From contig CAJINV010000009.1 in assembly GCA_905178155.1 (NCBI GenBank), positions 2,023,373-2,087,372 of the forward strand: DNA of 64,000 bases, read 5' to 3'. Position 1 is the first letter of the stretch. Each line of letters begins with the position of its first letter. Below, piece after piece: positions 36,340 to 47,071 of this stretch. The notes under the pieces are model-generated. The model had not been told where the DNA came from. It saw only the letters and a list, made by a program, of their open reading frames with translations, and ran no database searches. Source of the stretch: Amoebophrya sp. A120. Its lineage: Eukaryota > Protista > Dinoflagellata. The translations under genes and the position numbers were made by a program.

Positions 36340-36600
36340 CCATCATCGGGTGCGCCAGAGCATACGTCCTGGTGTGAAGCGGACTTTGTTGTAGTTGTCT
36401 CTTCCTTCTGTTTCTGCTCTACCTCTGCCCGCAAAACATCTTCGTCATCGAGGTCGTCGTCGCCACTCGTCTCGGTGAACAAAGGCGCCAAAGAGGAAAG
36501 CCACGCATTACTGTCCTCGGCGCGCACGACAACTCCTCCATAGGAGTGCTCTTTGTTGCCTTCCCTTATATTGGAAGGGAACACGAACTCGACGAGCTCA
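36340..36600 (-). CDS. Possible short acidic exon, perhaps the 5' exon of the 30180-35656 gene
   Basis: Protein-like stretch GGVVVRAEDSNAWLSSLAPLFTETSGDDDLDDEDVLRAEVEQKQKEE. Splice partner not established; boundaries approximate. Confidence 0.35.
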
Positions 36601-36923
36601 GGAGCACAACGAGGACACAAAAACGACAAAACACAAGGCGCCCACAAGTTGACGCGTTTTTTGCGCTTGATTTTCCACATGATTTTGAATTTGATATATT
36701 TATCTAAGTAACTGCTTCGCGCGGTCCGTCGCGGTGGGGGCAACAAAATTTAGTTGGGCATTTGTAGCTCCCAACACGATGCTTGGCCTGCCATCAATTT
36801 AAATATTAATATCCTTGTCTTCTTCATAACCATGATCAGAAGATGTTGTGACGTGCTCCGACATCGTTCTTCTTCTTGTTGATTTCTTGGTACTACGGTC
36901 TCATCATGAGTGACATGGTTCAG

Positions 36924-36976
36924 ATGTCAATTTATGCGTTTGAATCATGACCTGATTCACATGTCAATTTATGCGT
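36924..36976 (+). repeat. Short local duplication (16-bp perfect core, period 37)
   Basis: atgtcaatttatgcgt at 36924-36939 and 36961-36976. Confidence 0.8.
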
Positions 36977-37647
36977 GTGTCGTGTGTCCGTGACTTAGAC
37001 TTGTTACTCAGTTGTGGTGAAAGAAGTAGACTCGACATTTGTTTCTTGTAGGTACTTAATGACATGATATTGACACGGCCTCGGACTCGGCGACGTCCGG
37101 GGGGGATACCCTCCAGTGTACAACTACTTCGTTTTCCTTTTGCAGTAACAAAAAACACAGAAGCATGACAATCGATCGAGCTCCCTGTGTGGTCTCAAGT
37201 CGACCTATGCTCGCAAAAAACAATGTGATCCACGCGTTTTCGTTCAAATTTTTTTATTTTTTGTTCAACTTTGACCCAAGCATTCTACCTTTTGTCATCT
37301 TCCGTTTCGTCGTGATGTCGTTGTGATCGTATTCGTCCGCTGGAAAGCGAAAGATGAACAAGCCGAAGGGTACCATCTCAGCACTTGCACTACAGTGCCC
37401 CATGAATTATATATCTTCATGTTGGAGGTTGTAATCTTTATACAAAGTCGATCGCGCCGTCGATTCAAGGCAGATATTGCTATTGGAGTATGCGTCGTTA
37501 GGAAAATGAAAATCAATCGTGTGCTTGCGATCGCTTTTATTCAACAAGGAGACTCCCATCAGCACCAGCACCACGTGCCGGCGGCTCATTCTGCTGCCGC
37601 CCGCGACACTGCGAGCCAGTTTGACGAACAGTCTTTCAACCACCTCC

Positions 37648-40600
37648 TCACCTTCGCGTCACGTGAAGCCAGTCAACAAGGCCTTCGAAAACGAGTTTGT
37701 TATCGAACGCGTCCTTGTGAAGCACGTCGAGCGGTACGGGCACTCGCTTGTCGTTCTCGGCGTTTTTTGCCATCTTCGCGCGGCACGGCACCGAGAAGTT
37801 TTGCGTAATCTTCAGTGGACATGTCCCCTCTTCGACGGCGTTCAAGGCGTGCTGTTTGTGGAGAAAGGAGACGAACCCGAAGTCCAACACCTCATTAGTG
37901 TAGTTGTGCCGGGGTAGCCGCGCGCCGATCACCACGCCATACAGAGAGAAGCTATTGATCACTTCCCGCTCTGACAGGAGTTCCGATAGCCGTATGTTGT
38001 CTAGCGGAGAATTATTGGCTGCCTTCTTGCCCTTCCCTTTGTCATCACGGCGCTGCTTCCAATCCAAAAAGACGTCGGTCGTCGCGGACAGGATGTCAAA
38101 CCTGATTTTTTTGATGTTTTCGATTCGACGCAAAAGAAAAACGGACGAGGACGATTGTACTAGGAAACAAGAAAAAATCGCCTTGTTGGTCTTCCTTGTT
38201 TATCTTTGAGCTTGTTCTTGTAGAGACAAGCCAAATCCAAATGGCACTACCAGTAAAGAGTAGAAAGAGGCACAAAAATTGCATTGATTTTGCAGATGAT
38301 GAAATTTATTAACTTCGTGCAAATGAAATGCGATCAGTGTCAACGTAGTTATTCTGCTACAAGATCAGATCATACACATCCATATGATTCATATCGAACA
38401 ACTTAAACACATCAATACGCGTCGTCCCGATCCTTTTTGGTTTCAAACTTGACAAAGCACTCGCCGCGCCAGTCAGACGGGTCTTGCTCGTTCAACTTCC
38501 AGACCAGCGGTCCCATTTCTATCTCCTTCGGCGCGAAGGCCTTCAAGACCGCCTGGGTGGCGGCGTTCCGCTTTGTGTTCCCCCGGCGAAAGTCGCGCGA
38601 TATGTGCTGCACTTTCAGCAGCAGGGGGTAGGTCTTCATCGGAAATGCGAGGGGCGTAAGGTCTGGCATGTTGGGGCTCTGCGTTGTCGACGTGGTCTGA
38701 TTTAAGGTATCTTGCTCCGCAACCACGGTTGGCGGCAGCGGCGGCTTCTTCAGCTTTCTCGCCACTTTTTCTTCTGCCTCGCTGACGAAGAGGTCGTAGG
38801 TGCGACGGAACCGGAAGGCCTCCTTGCCCGCGATAGAAAGCATGTATCGGCACCGGGCAATGGGATCGATGTGGAATTCCTCCCAACTGGCCGGATCCGG
38901 CTTCTCCGCCAGCATCATCTCGGCGAGCGCGCGCACGGTGTGAAACTGGTGCTTCTTCTCGTACACTTCAAACAGCAACGCGGTGTCCACGAGGTAGATG
39001 CTGAAGCACAAGCGCAGGGCCAGGGACGCGTGGTGCAGGCAGTGCCCAACAAGGATGGTTTGCTCCTCGGCGAGTACATCCGAAACCTGCTTCCTCGCCT
39101 GCTTCCAGGACACGCCGTGCTCCTGCAGCTTTTCCTTGGTCAGCCCCGTCTCGTGGGTGCGCAGGTCCAAAACGGGCAGCTCTGGTTTCACCAGGATGTC
39201 CAGGACGACTTTGCCGTTGCTGGCGTGGTCTCCCTCCTCTATGCGGCCCCCGCTGCTGTCGGCCATTTCCACGAGCGTGACGCGGGCGAGATGACGGGGG
39301 TCGAACCCGACCTCCAGGTCGCCGACGTAAATCGTGGTCGTCTGGATGGCGAGTATGCGACACCGCTCCAGACCTCCCCCCTGCAGAATGATGGGCTCCT
39401 CCGCGCGCTTCCAGCCGCGCGGAAGCGGGTAACGCCACGGTGGCGACACAAACTTTTGGAAGTTCGCGTGTTTGCGTGTCCGTCGCATCAGGCTCGTCCA
39501 GCTGCGCCAAAAGGCGTTGTCGCGCATGGGTTTTTTTCGGGCCGCTGGTGCAGCAGGAGGAGGCGATAAAGACGTCGCTGTGTCTGTTTTTTGTCGTTTC
39601 GCATCAGATTGCTCGCGCGGCTCGACCACACCCGAAGCGGATCCACTTGCAATGCTGCTCTCAGCGCCGCGAAGATCTAAATCTCGCTGGCCGGTGCGCT
39701 TTAAAGAGGACGTCGTACCTGTGCCCAGATCCCGGAGACCGAGCCCTAAATCAGGAACGGCGTTCTGTGCGAGATCGGCAGTGTTCTCTCCAGACGGAAT
39801 TGTAATGGTTTCGACTTTTATTTTTGCGGGTCGCGGCGGCGGCGGCAACTTGGTTGACGCCACGTCCTCTTCGAGATCGGCAAGCTCGAGGCTTTCGCCC
39901 CTCGCTGGTATGTTTCCTAGCTCTTTTGCCGGTGCGATATCTCCTCCAGACGTTGACGTCTTCTTTGGTGCGGAGTTGCCGCGCTTTACAGTACTAGGGA
40001 GCACCTGTTGTTCTGCTCCTGTGCCTGCAGCCGCTCGCGCCATTGTTTCCCCCACAGTACCTGTCCTGTTCGTCGGTGAAACAGAAGATTTGGCATCGTT
40101 TATTCTCGCGTCCTTTTTGCTACCGCCAGCAGTTCCGACGTTCTTCAGCAGCCCGGCTAGTGCGCGCTGCTCCAGCGTCTTGGGACTGACGTCGTACTCA
40201 TCGACGTCCTCGAATTCATCCTCATAAGGATCCTCTTCCTGAAACGGGTCGTACTCATCCGGATCATCGTGCTGGTCGCCACGGCTCGCTCCGGTTTCAG
40301 GCACCCATTCGTCCTCCGCATCCTCCAAAAGTTCTTCATCGCCGTCTCCGGAGTTGTTTTTCTTCCGGTGAAACAAGTTCATGATATTGTCTACGGCGGG
40401 GAGCGCATTGTTGTCGTTCTGCGGCGGCACAAACTCTGCGGCCTCTGCTCCTTTGTCTTTCGGCGAGGAGCTACCTGCAGGAGCAGCTGCTGTTCCTTTT
40501 ATGTTGCTGTTGCGCAGGATTTCGTCTGCCGCGGCGCCCGCGAGGGCCGCGGTTGGGCTAACATTTTCGGCTTCTTGCCGTTTATTGTCCTTGGAATTTT

Positions 40601-41854
40601 TACTCTTAGCAGGTGCAGGAACAGTGTCTGCTTTCTTCGGTACATCCTTCTCGGAAACGACGATGCGCAGTCTCTCAGCGATCAGCCGGTCGATCTTTCC
40701 GGTGTTCAGAGCCTGTTCCAGAGCGTCGAGGTCTTCGAGGGTTTCCACTGTGTCGATCGCCTTCTTGACTTTCGCCATTGCGACCGCGGAAAGCGCAACT
40801 TCCGGGTCCTGGTCGATGGCACCAGCGGCGATCGGAGATGATCCGTCGGCTTTTCTCTTCGTCGCATTGCCACCAGCCGCGGTTTGTTCCTCGTCCTGCT
40901 CGTCGTCCTCCTCCTCGGTACCACTCTCGTCGTCTTCAAAGTCGCTCGCAGTCAATCCTAAACGGTCAATCAGCACCTGGTCAATGTCGCCGGTGTTCAG
41001 GGCGTCGTCGAGTTCGCTGAGTTCGTCAATGCTCGTTGCAGACGAGATCGCCTGCCGCATCTTCTCCTTGCCTGATGAGATCGAGCAATGCGGGGTAGGA
41101 AGTCGGGATCAAGTTTCGAGTCGAACATACAAAATCAGAATCAGCAATATATATAGTTACTATATAGTAAAAGCAAGCCGCAAGCATGAACATCACGAAG
41201 CTTCATCATCATCCCGTCGACATAAACGTACCATTTATGCAAAGAAACACAAAAAGAGCAGAAAAAACCGCAAGGTGAAGTAGAGGACCAAATTCACCAG
41301 AACAGCAAAGCAACTGCTGTACCTTTCTCCGACAAGACGCGGACGTCTTTCGTTTCGCCCATCGCAGCAGCAGTTCCGGCGTCTACGCCATCTCCGCCGG
41401 GTGGTCCGCCGAGCAAATCGTCGTCTTTCGTGGCTGCCGCGGTACCGCCGGCTTGCCCAGGCCCTATTCCCAGCCTACTTCCGGAAGCCGGTCCTGCTCC
41501 CATGTTCTGGAGCGCTGAAGCCAAGGTGTCAAAAAAGGCTTGCCTCGTGGACGGGTATTGCATAAAGGCGGTCGAGGGATACTCAATGCGCGGTTTGCGC
41601 TGCTTTGCGGGCTGTGCTGCTGGAGTCCTACCTTGATACGACGCGCTGCTGGACGACGCGGTAGCGCCCGATCCCGTGTACCAGGACGTCGCTGAGGATG
41701 CGTCGTCGTGGTGCCACGAGTTGTCGCCATGATAGCTGTAGTCGTCGCTGGACCCATACCAACCACTGGACCCATAATCGTAATTGTAGTCGGAGCTATA
41801 GCTGCTGTTGCCCCAGCCGTTCGCTCCATCGCTCCACTTTCCTTGGCCCTTCAT
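37648..41854 (-). CDS. DEDDh-family RNA exonuclease-like protein (REXO/SDN type, degenerate active site) with RRM-like domains and two U2A'-C-terminal-like motifs; exons 41854-41323, 41071-38419, 38101-37648
   Basis: Exonuclease scaffold LARVTLV..VVLDILVKP..PVLDLRT..TGLT..ILVGH.L..LVDTALLF. RNP1-like GECFVKF and DFGFVSF. Introns 41072-41322 and 38102-38418 are GT-AG and in frame. The 3' end could splice further. Confidence 0.75.
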
Positions 41855-42269
41855 TTTGTCGCCAGAACAAGGGCAACAGCCATAGTAATATCGTTGAAAG
41901 GTGCTATTTTGAGACGTAGGACAAGACTATGCTCAATTATTCATAATTACGGGGCGTAGCGGTCCTACTCATCCATGTACAAAACCAAAATGAAATGAAT
42001 AAAAAAGTTCTTTATTCTTGATACAAATACAAGATCAAGAATAGTTGTCGCTGCTGTCGCTGTAAAAATTTGAAAGCATTCCATTTGTGATGTGTCGTGT
42101 AATTTTGGCTTCTTTTGCAAGCAAGAACACCACGGAAACGTCATTTCCATTTGTTTGAAGAAAAACGGAGCTGGTGCTATTTTGGAAGTAAAATTTGGAT
42201 GGGGATCGGCTTGTTAGAAGGAGGTCAGATCATGGAGGCAAGTCTACTTCACGAACTACTTATGGAATG

Positions 42270-42299
<30 letters not shown>
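42270..42299 (+). repeat. (TGA)10 microsatellite
   Basis: Perfect trinucleotide run in apparently non-coding sequence. Confidence 0.95.
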
Positions 42300-42301
<2 letters not shown>

Positions 42302-42776
42302 GAAGCGAACATTTGCTTTTGCCTTTAGCAAAGATCACGAAGATGGACTCAAGAAGCATTCTTTTCTTTTTGTCCCTCACGCGACAAAGAGACCTGCTGC
42401 TGCCGAGCAAAAAAATCAAACAAAGAACATCTTCACGAGTACAACTAGTTGTACATTCATACGTACAGAGCTTGTGCTCATCGTTTTTCTACTTCCGAAT
42501 GTGCATGGCTAGGTGTCTTATTCTTGGGGGAAATGCGAGTAGTCGTAGTCCAGGTTGGATGTTCTACCTGTTCCTCAACAATGGACTAGAGCTAGACATC
42601 GACAAAAGCGACCTTCGTGTACTGATTCTGATACTGTGCTTCTGCTTTTCTTGTTGTACAGCATCAAAATAACAGGCATGCAATGGGGTTTCTTGGGTAA
42701 AAAGGGGGAGCATCTTGTTTTATTTTTGTGTTCTTTAAGGGCGGGGAGTATACTTTTGTGGCGGTGACGTAGGAGC

Positions 42777-45700
42777 TTACCTCCCACCCGCTCCCTTTGC
42801 AGGTTCGGGGATCGGGATCCTCATCTTTCCGGTACCTGCCACGGAGGTGGATGGAGGCTTGGCGCGCGGCCCACTACTTTTTTGCAGTTTTCTACTGCGC
42901 GAGGAAGAGCGGGAGAACGAGGATGCACCCGAAGGCGCCGCTGCCAATCCCAAGATTTTTCCAGTGTGATTTTTTTGTTCGAATGACATCGCGCTGCTAT
43001 CTACAGCAAGAAACTCTGGGGCGCTGCTCTGCTGGTGTGATTGCACTCTCTTGTTACCCCCCATCATCAAGCTCGACTGGCCGTCTGCCTCCCACTTTGC
43101 GGTGCTGACCTCGTCCTTGAGGAAGGAGCTAGTCGGCGCCGGCGCTGCACCAGTGCGCGAAACCGGCGAGCGCGCCTGAATGAAAGTTGACCCGCCGGCG
43201 CGAAGAGTGTCGCCATCAGCTTCCTCCGGCGATGACGAATCTAGACCGGAGTACATCCCCGACGTCGACCCGCCCGACGATTCCAACCCAGCTGCCATGG
43301 TACTCCCAGCCCGCTTCTTCAATCTTCGCCTGCCCGCCTTGCCCTTGCCTTTGCCCGTTGTTGAGGCCTTGTTCTTACTGCTTCTTGCCCCGCGTTCCAT
43401 CGACGCCAGAGAGGCATTCATCAGGGACGAGCTGACCCCGGAAGATTGCAAATTCACCTCATATGAACCCTGCACACCAGGGGCCCTAGTTGTTGCAGCC
43501 GCGCCCGCCGGGGCTGAGGAAGGATGCGAAGAAACGCCAAATGCTCCGGCGGCTGCCGCAGCTTTGCTTGCCTCCAGTGCTGCGGCTGCGGCCTGACCAC
43601 TCTTAGCAGCAGCCTGGTCCTGCACGTTTCTGTTTTTCCCTTTCCCGCAACAGCAGAACACCATTTGAAGACAGTCATCCGGCGCTTTGAAGCACGTGGT
43701 GCACAAAATAACGATGACGAAAGTCACAGCTATCAGACCAACCATCAGAGGAATCAAGATTGCTGGTTTGCTGCAGCCCTCGGCACTCTGCTGTGTTTGC
43801 GAAGTGTCCACATCCGCTTGGTCTCCTTTCGTGAGAAGTTGGCTCGAGGAATTTCCAAGCAAAGTCTGATTGTTTTTCAGCACCGATGATGATTGCTGTA
43901 ATACGATGTTCGCAGTCCGAGGCTTCCCAGTAACCACCTGTGGCGGTGCGTTCCCCTCGCAGAAGTAAATTTCCTGGCGATTGTTTTCGATTTCGCAGTC
44001 GCGACCGCCACCCGTTGCCGGCGGGCTGTGTCTGTAGGTCCGCGTGAATGTTGAGAATCGATTGCGGTTGTTCGACAGCGCGCAGATCTGTTTTCGCTGC
44101 GCGGTGGAAAGCGCGGCGGTTTGAAATCCGGTGTTGCCAGCATCGTGGTCGAAGTGCCACCTCCCCGAGCACGCAGTGCCACAGGCCTCCGCTACCTCGT
44201 AGTTCGCCCGGAATGGACACGGCTGCCCGTTGTTCACCCTGGGAGAGACGACGTTGTACTGCCGGGTTCGCTTCCCGTTCTGGCACCTCGACCAGGGCTT
44301 CCAGCTGCCACGGCAGTCGTCCCCGTTGCACGTCGCGCGCTCGACTACCTTATTGTTCCACGCTTCTTCCGTTTCTCGGCCCTCGGCCACGCATGCGCGG
44401 CCGTTGCCGTGGTTGGGCTGCGTTATTTTCCAGACCAGGCTGCGCATGCCGTCCTGGCACTCCGTCTCCCATTCCGTCGTGCCCTCGCAGTCCACATCCG
44501 GAACGCACTCGCATCCCGCCACTGGCGTAGTAGTACCGGACCCAGCCACGACGCACAGGTCAACGGCGCCATCCATCACGGGGCACTGCTTGCCGCCGTT
44601 TTCCGCTTCTCTCTGTATCCCGTACGTCATTTTCATTGCGCCGAACGGCGTTCTCCACACATCGTTATTAGGATAAGACAAAAGTACGCACTGGGAAGGC
44701 AATCGGTTCCATGTTCCGACACAGTCCACAGGCTCAGGCGGGGCTGTTGTAGACGACGACGTTGCGGGCGGCGGAGAGGTCGAAGAAGCTGAAGCGTCCC
44801 CAACCTGCTCTGGCCCAGCCACTGTTCTTCCTGCAGACGTCGCTGCAGGTGTCGATGCTACAACAGGTCTGGGCGTCGATGAAGAAGATTCGGACGTAGA
44901 TGAAGTTGTACCAGGTGTGAGTGCTACCGAGTTGGTATTGACCACGCCCGGTGGTGCGGTGGTTCCCACGAGCGCTGGAGAAAGAGTGGCTGGCGCAGGT
45001 GCAGGCGCAGCTGCAGTGCTGGTGGTCGACGCGGGCGTTGGAGTACCAGGGGAAGTTGTGGGTGCCGCAGTTGCTGTGGGTGCCGCAGTTGTGGGCTCCG
45101 GAGTGTTTGATGGCTGTGGGCTAGGGCTAGCACCCTGCTCACCTACGCCAGCGTCCATCACGGCAGCAGGTTCGTCGTCTTGGTCTTGGTTGCTAGGGGC
45201 CTGCCTCTGAGCTTCCATTCGTCGTTCCTGCTTGTTCTGGTTCGTGCCTATCTTCATCCTCTGGCTCCTCCACCGCCGCTCTCGTTGAATAAAGTTCGAC
45301 TTTTTGGTCTGTTCGCCATCTCGTCCTGTGCGACCAGAGGACTCGCGGTCCCCACCCGCGGCGAAGGTGCCGTAGTCACTTGCAAGAAACGGGGAATGAC
45401 CAGCAACAGGCAGCTCTGGCTGCGCAGTAGGCGCACCGTGAGCTGCATGGGCATAAGCAGTTGGAGTTTGTTTTTTGGCCGTCGTGTTCAGGATTTTCAT
45501 GTTGAGCTTTCTCGTTTTCGAGGCTGGCGCTCCAAGAGCACCCGCCGGAGCCGACGAGGACAGGTATGCGAAAGCTAAAGCACCTGCTCGCCTTTTGCTC
45601 GCCTTGTCATCGGCACTGCTGCTGCTCGCTTTTGGTTTTGTATCTGTGCTGCCGCTCCGCTTAATTTCAGAGAACTTCGTGCTGACATTGTCATTCTTTT

Positions 45701-46058
45701 CGCCGACGACCGCAGCTCTCCTCTCTGCTCTTCTTTCTTCCCCTGTCGTCTGCTCAACCTCGTACTCCCGATCACCGATGGTCCCGTCAACAAGCTCGTC
45801 GCGACGACCTCCTCGGTCCGCCGTTGGTTTTTGAGCATAATGACGTCGTCGCCCCCGGGCAGCACGCGACGAATTCGGAGATGCTTTTTCAGACACCAGG
45901 AAAATCGCTTGCCCGTATGCCGGCAGTTCTGCAAGAAAGAGAAGCGCGACAGCAAAATAATACGGACACCCGGGTGAAATTTTTGGCAGGAGGAACGAAA
46001 GCGCCAGCGGCTGCACTTCGTCTTTGTTCAAATTCATTGCAAGAGATGATCGCAACAT
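42777..46058 (-). CDS. Thrombospondin type-1 (TSP1/spondin-like) repeat type I membrane protein
   Basis: Signal-like segment YYFAVALLFLAELPAYG, Thr/Ser/Pro mucin-like tract, four Cys/Trp repeats (e.g. DCRGSWKPWSRCQNGKRTRQYNVVSPRVNNGQPCP), TM helix AILIPLMVGLIAVTFVIVIL and a juxtamembrane Cys cluster. Confidence 0.85.
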   Translation of the reverse strand: MLRSSLAMNLNKDEVQPLALSFLLPKISPGCPYYFAVALLFLAELPAYGQAIFLVSEKASPNSSRAARGRRRHYAQKPTADRGGRRDELVDGTIGDREYEVEQTTGEERRAERRAAVVGEKNDNVSTKFSEIKRSGSTDTKPKASSSSADDKASKRRAGALAFAYLSSSAPAGALGAPASKTRKLNMKILNTTAKKQTPTAYAHAAHGAPTAQPELPVAGHSPFLASDYGTFAAGGDRESSGRTGRDGEQTKKSNFIQRERRWRSQRMKIGTNQNKQERRMEAQRQAPSNQDQDDEPAAVMDAGVGEQGASPSPQPSNTPEPTTAAPTATAAPTTSPGTPTPASTTSTAAAPAPAPATLSPALVGTTAPPGVVNTNSVALTPGTTSSTSESSSSTPRPVVASTPAATSAGRTVAGPEQVGDASASSTSPPPATSSSTTAPPEPVDCVGTWNRLPSQCVLLSYPNNDVWRTPFGAMKMTYGIQREAENGGKQCPVMDGAVDLCVVAGSGTTTPVAGCECVPDVDCEGTTEWETECQDGMRSLVWKITQPNHGNGRACVAEGRETEEAWNNKVVERATCNGDDCRGSWKPWSRCQNGKRTRQYNVVSPRVNNGQPCPFRANYEVAEACGTACSGRWHFDHDAGNTGFQTAALSTAQRKQICALSNNRNRFSTFTRTYRHSPPATGGGRDCEIENNRQEIYFCEGNAPPQVVTGKPRTANIVLQQSSSVLKNNQTLLGNSSSQLLTKGDQADVDTSQTQQSAEGCSKPAILIPLMVGLIAVTFVIVILCTTCFKAPDDCLQMVFCCCGKGKNRNVQDQAAAKSGQAAAAALEASKAAAAAGAFGVSSHPSSAPAGAAATTRAPGVQGSYEVNLQSSGVSSSLMNASLASMERGARSSKNKASTTGKGKGKAGRRRLKKRAGSTMAAGLESSGGSTSGMYSGLDSSSPEEADGDTLRAGGSTFIQARSPVSRTGAAPAPTSSFLKDEVSTAKWEADGQSSLMMGGNKRVQSHQQSSAPEFLAVDSSAMSFEQKNHTGKILGLAAAPSGASSFSRSSSRSRKLQKSSGPRAKPPSTSVAGTGKMRIPIPEPAKGAGGR

Positions 46059-47071
46059 TATCGATATTCCAAAGAAAAGAGAAAGACTTCGACTTCAACT
46101 TCTTCCACCACAAGCAACCGCAAATATATAAATATGGGCTCAGGAGCAACGAAGTCCTGTATACAAGGAAAGGAAACAACTTGCAAATCAAATGCGATTA
46201 CGAATACGATTTGAAATCAATATAACGCTGGCGATGGGTGGCGGGCACCACTAGACTACCACGCAAGAGGACGGGGACATGGACAATCTATGCCTGAACA
46301 GAAAACAAAAATGGATTAAATGGATTAAGCACGATTTTGAGGGCCTGAGAACAACAAGAACAACGAAAATGGAAAGGAGGATCAAGCGAATGCAACGGTA
46401 TTTGCCTATCGCCATGAGTAATTCAGACAGTATCAAGAACGTACGCATGACTAAAAACACGTGACACGGTGAAGACGGACGAGAGTGAATTGCTTTCAAG
46501 GTACGATGTTAATGACGATCATGGACGTGTACGATACGATTTTTTGGATTTTCATTTCATGACGACAAATTAAGGAAACGTCGAAGAGGACAGTGGGACT
46601 GGGACCTGCAAGAGTACTACCAGAACGATACAGAAGATACAAAACGCGACAGACCAAAAAAGAACGCACCATTCCAAACAGCAACAATTTGAATTGCGCG
46701 CAACTTGAAGAACTTCATGATCCAACAGCATCTTATGCTTATACGCCAGTTCTTTCTTTTTCTACTGGGTCATCCATGCGGGGAGAATATTATATGCACC
46801 AGCACAGACGACGCGGACGGGAGCGGTGGTATTGCAAGTCCTTACATAGCAGTAGCTGCACCACGTAAAAAACAACGTCCAAAAAATACAACCATGAGAG
46901 CAGACCAGCAAGAACTACCCACTTACACACTCTCAGTGGATCAAGGCCCCCCAGCCGCCACGTGGCGTCGATGTGGATGTCAGCTTTCCTATGGAATGAA
47001 GGCGAATGGTCGGGGACATTTTCTTCTTGTTCTTCTACTAGCTCCACCAGGCCCCAGCACCTCCAAGTAAT

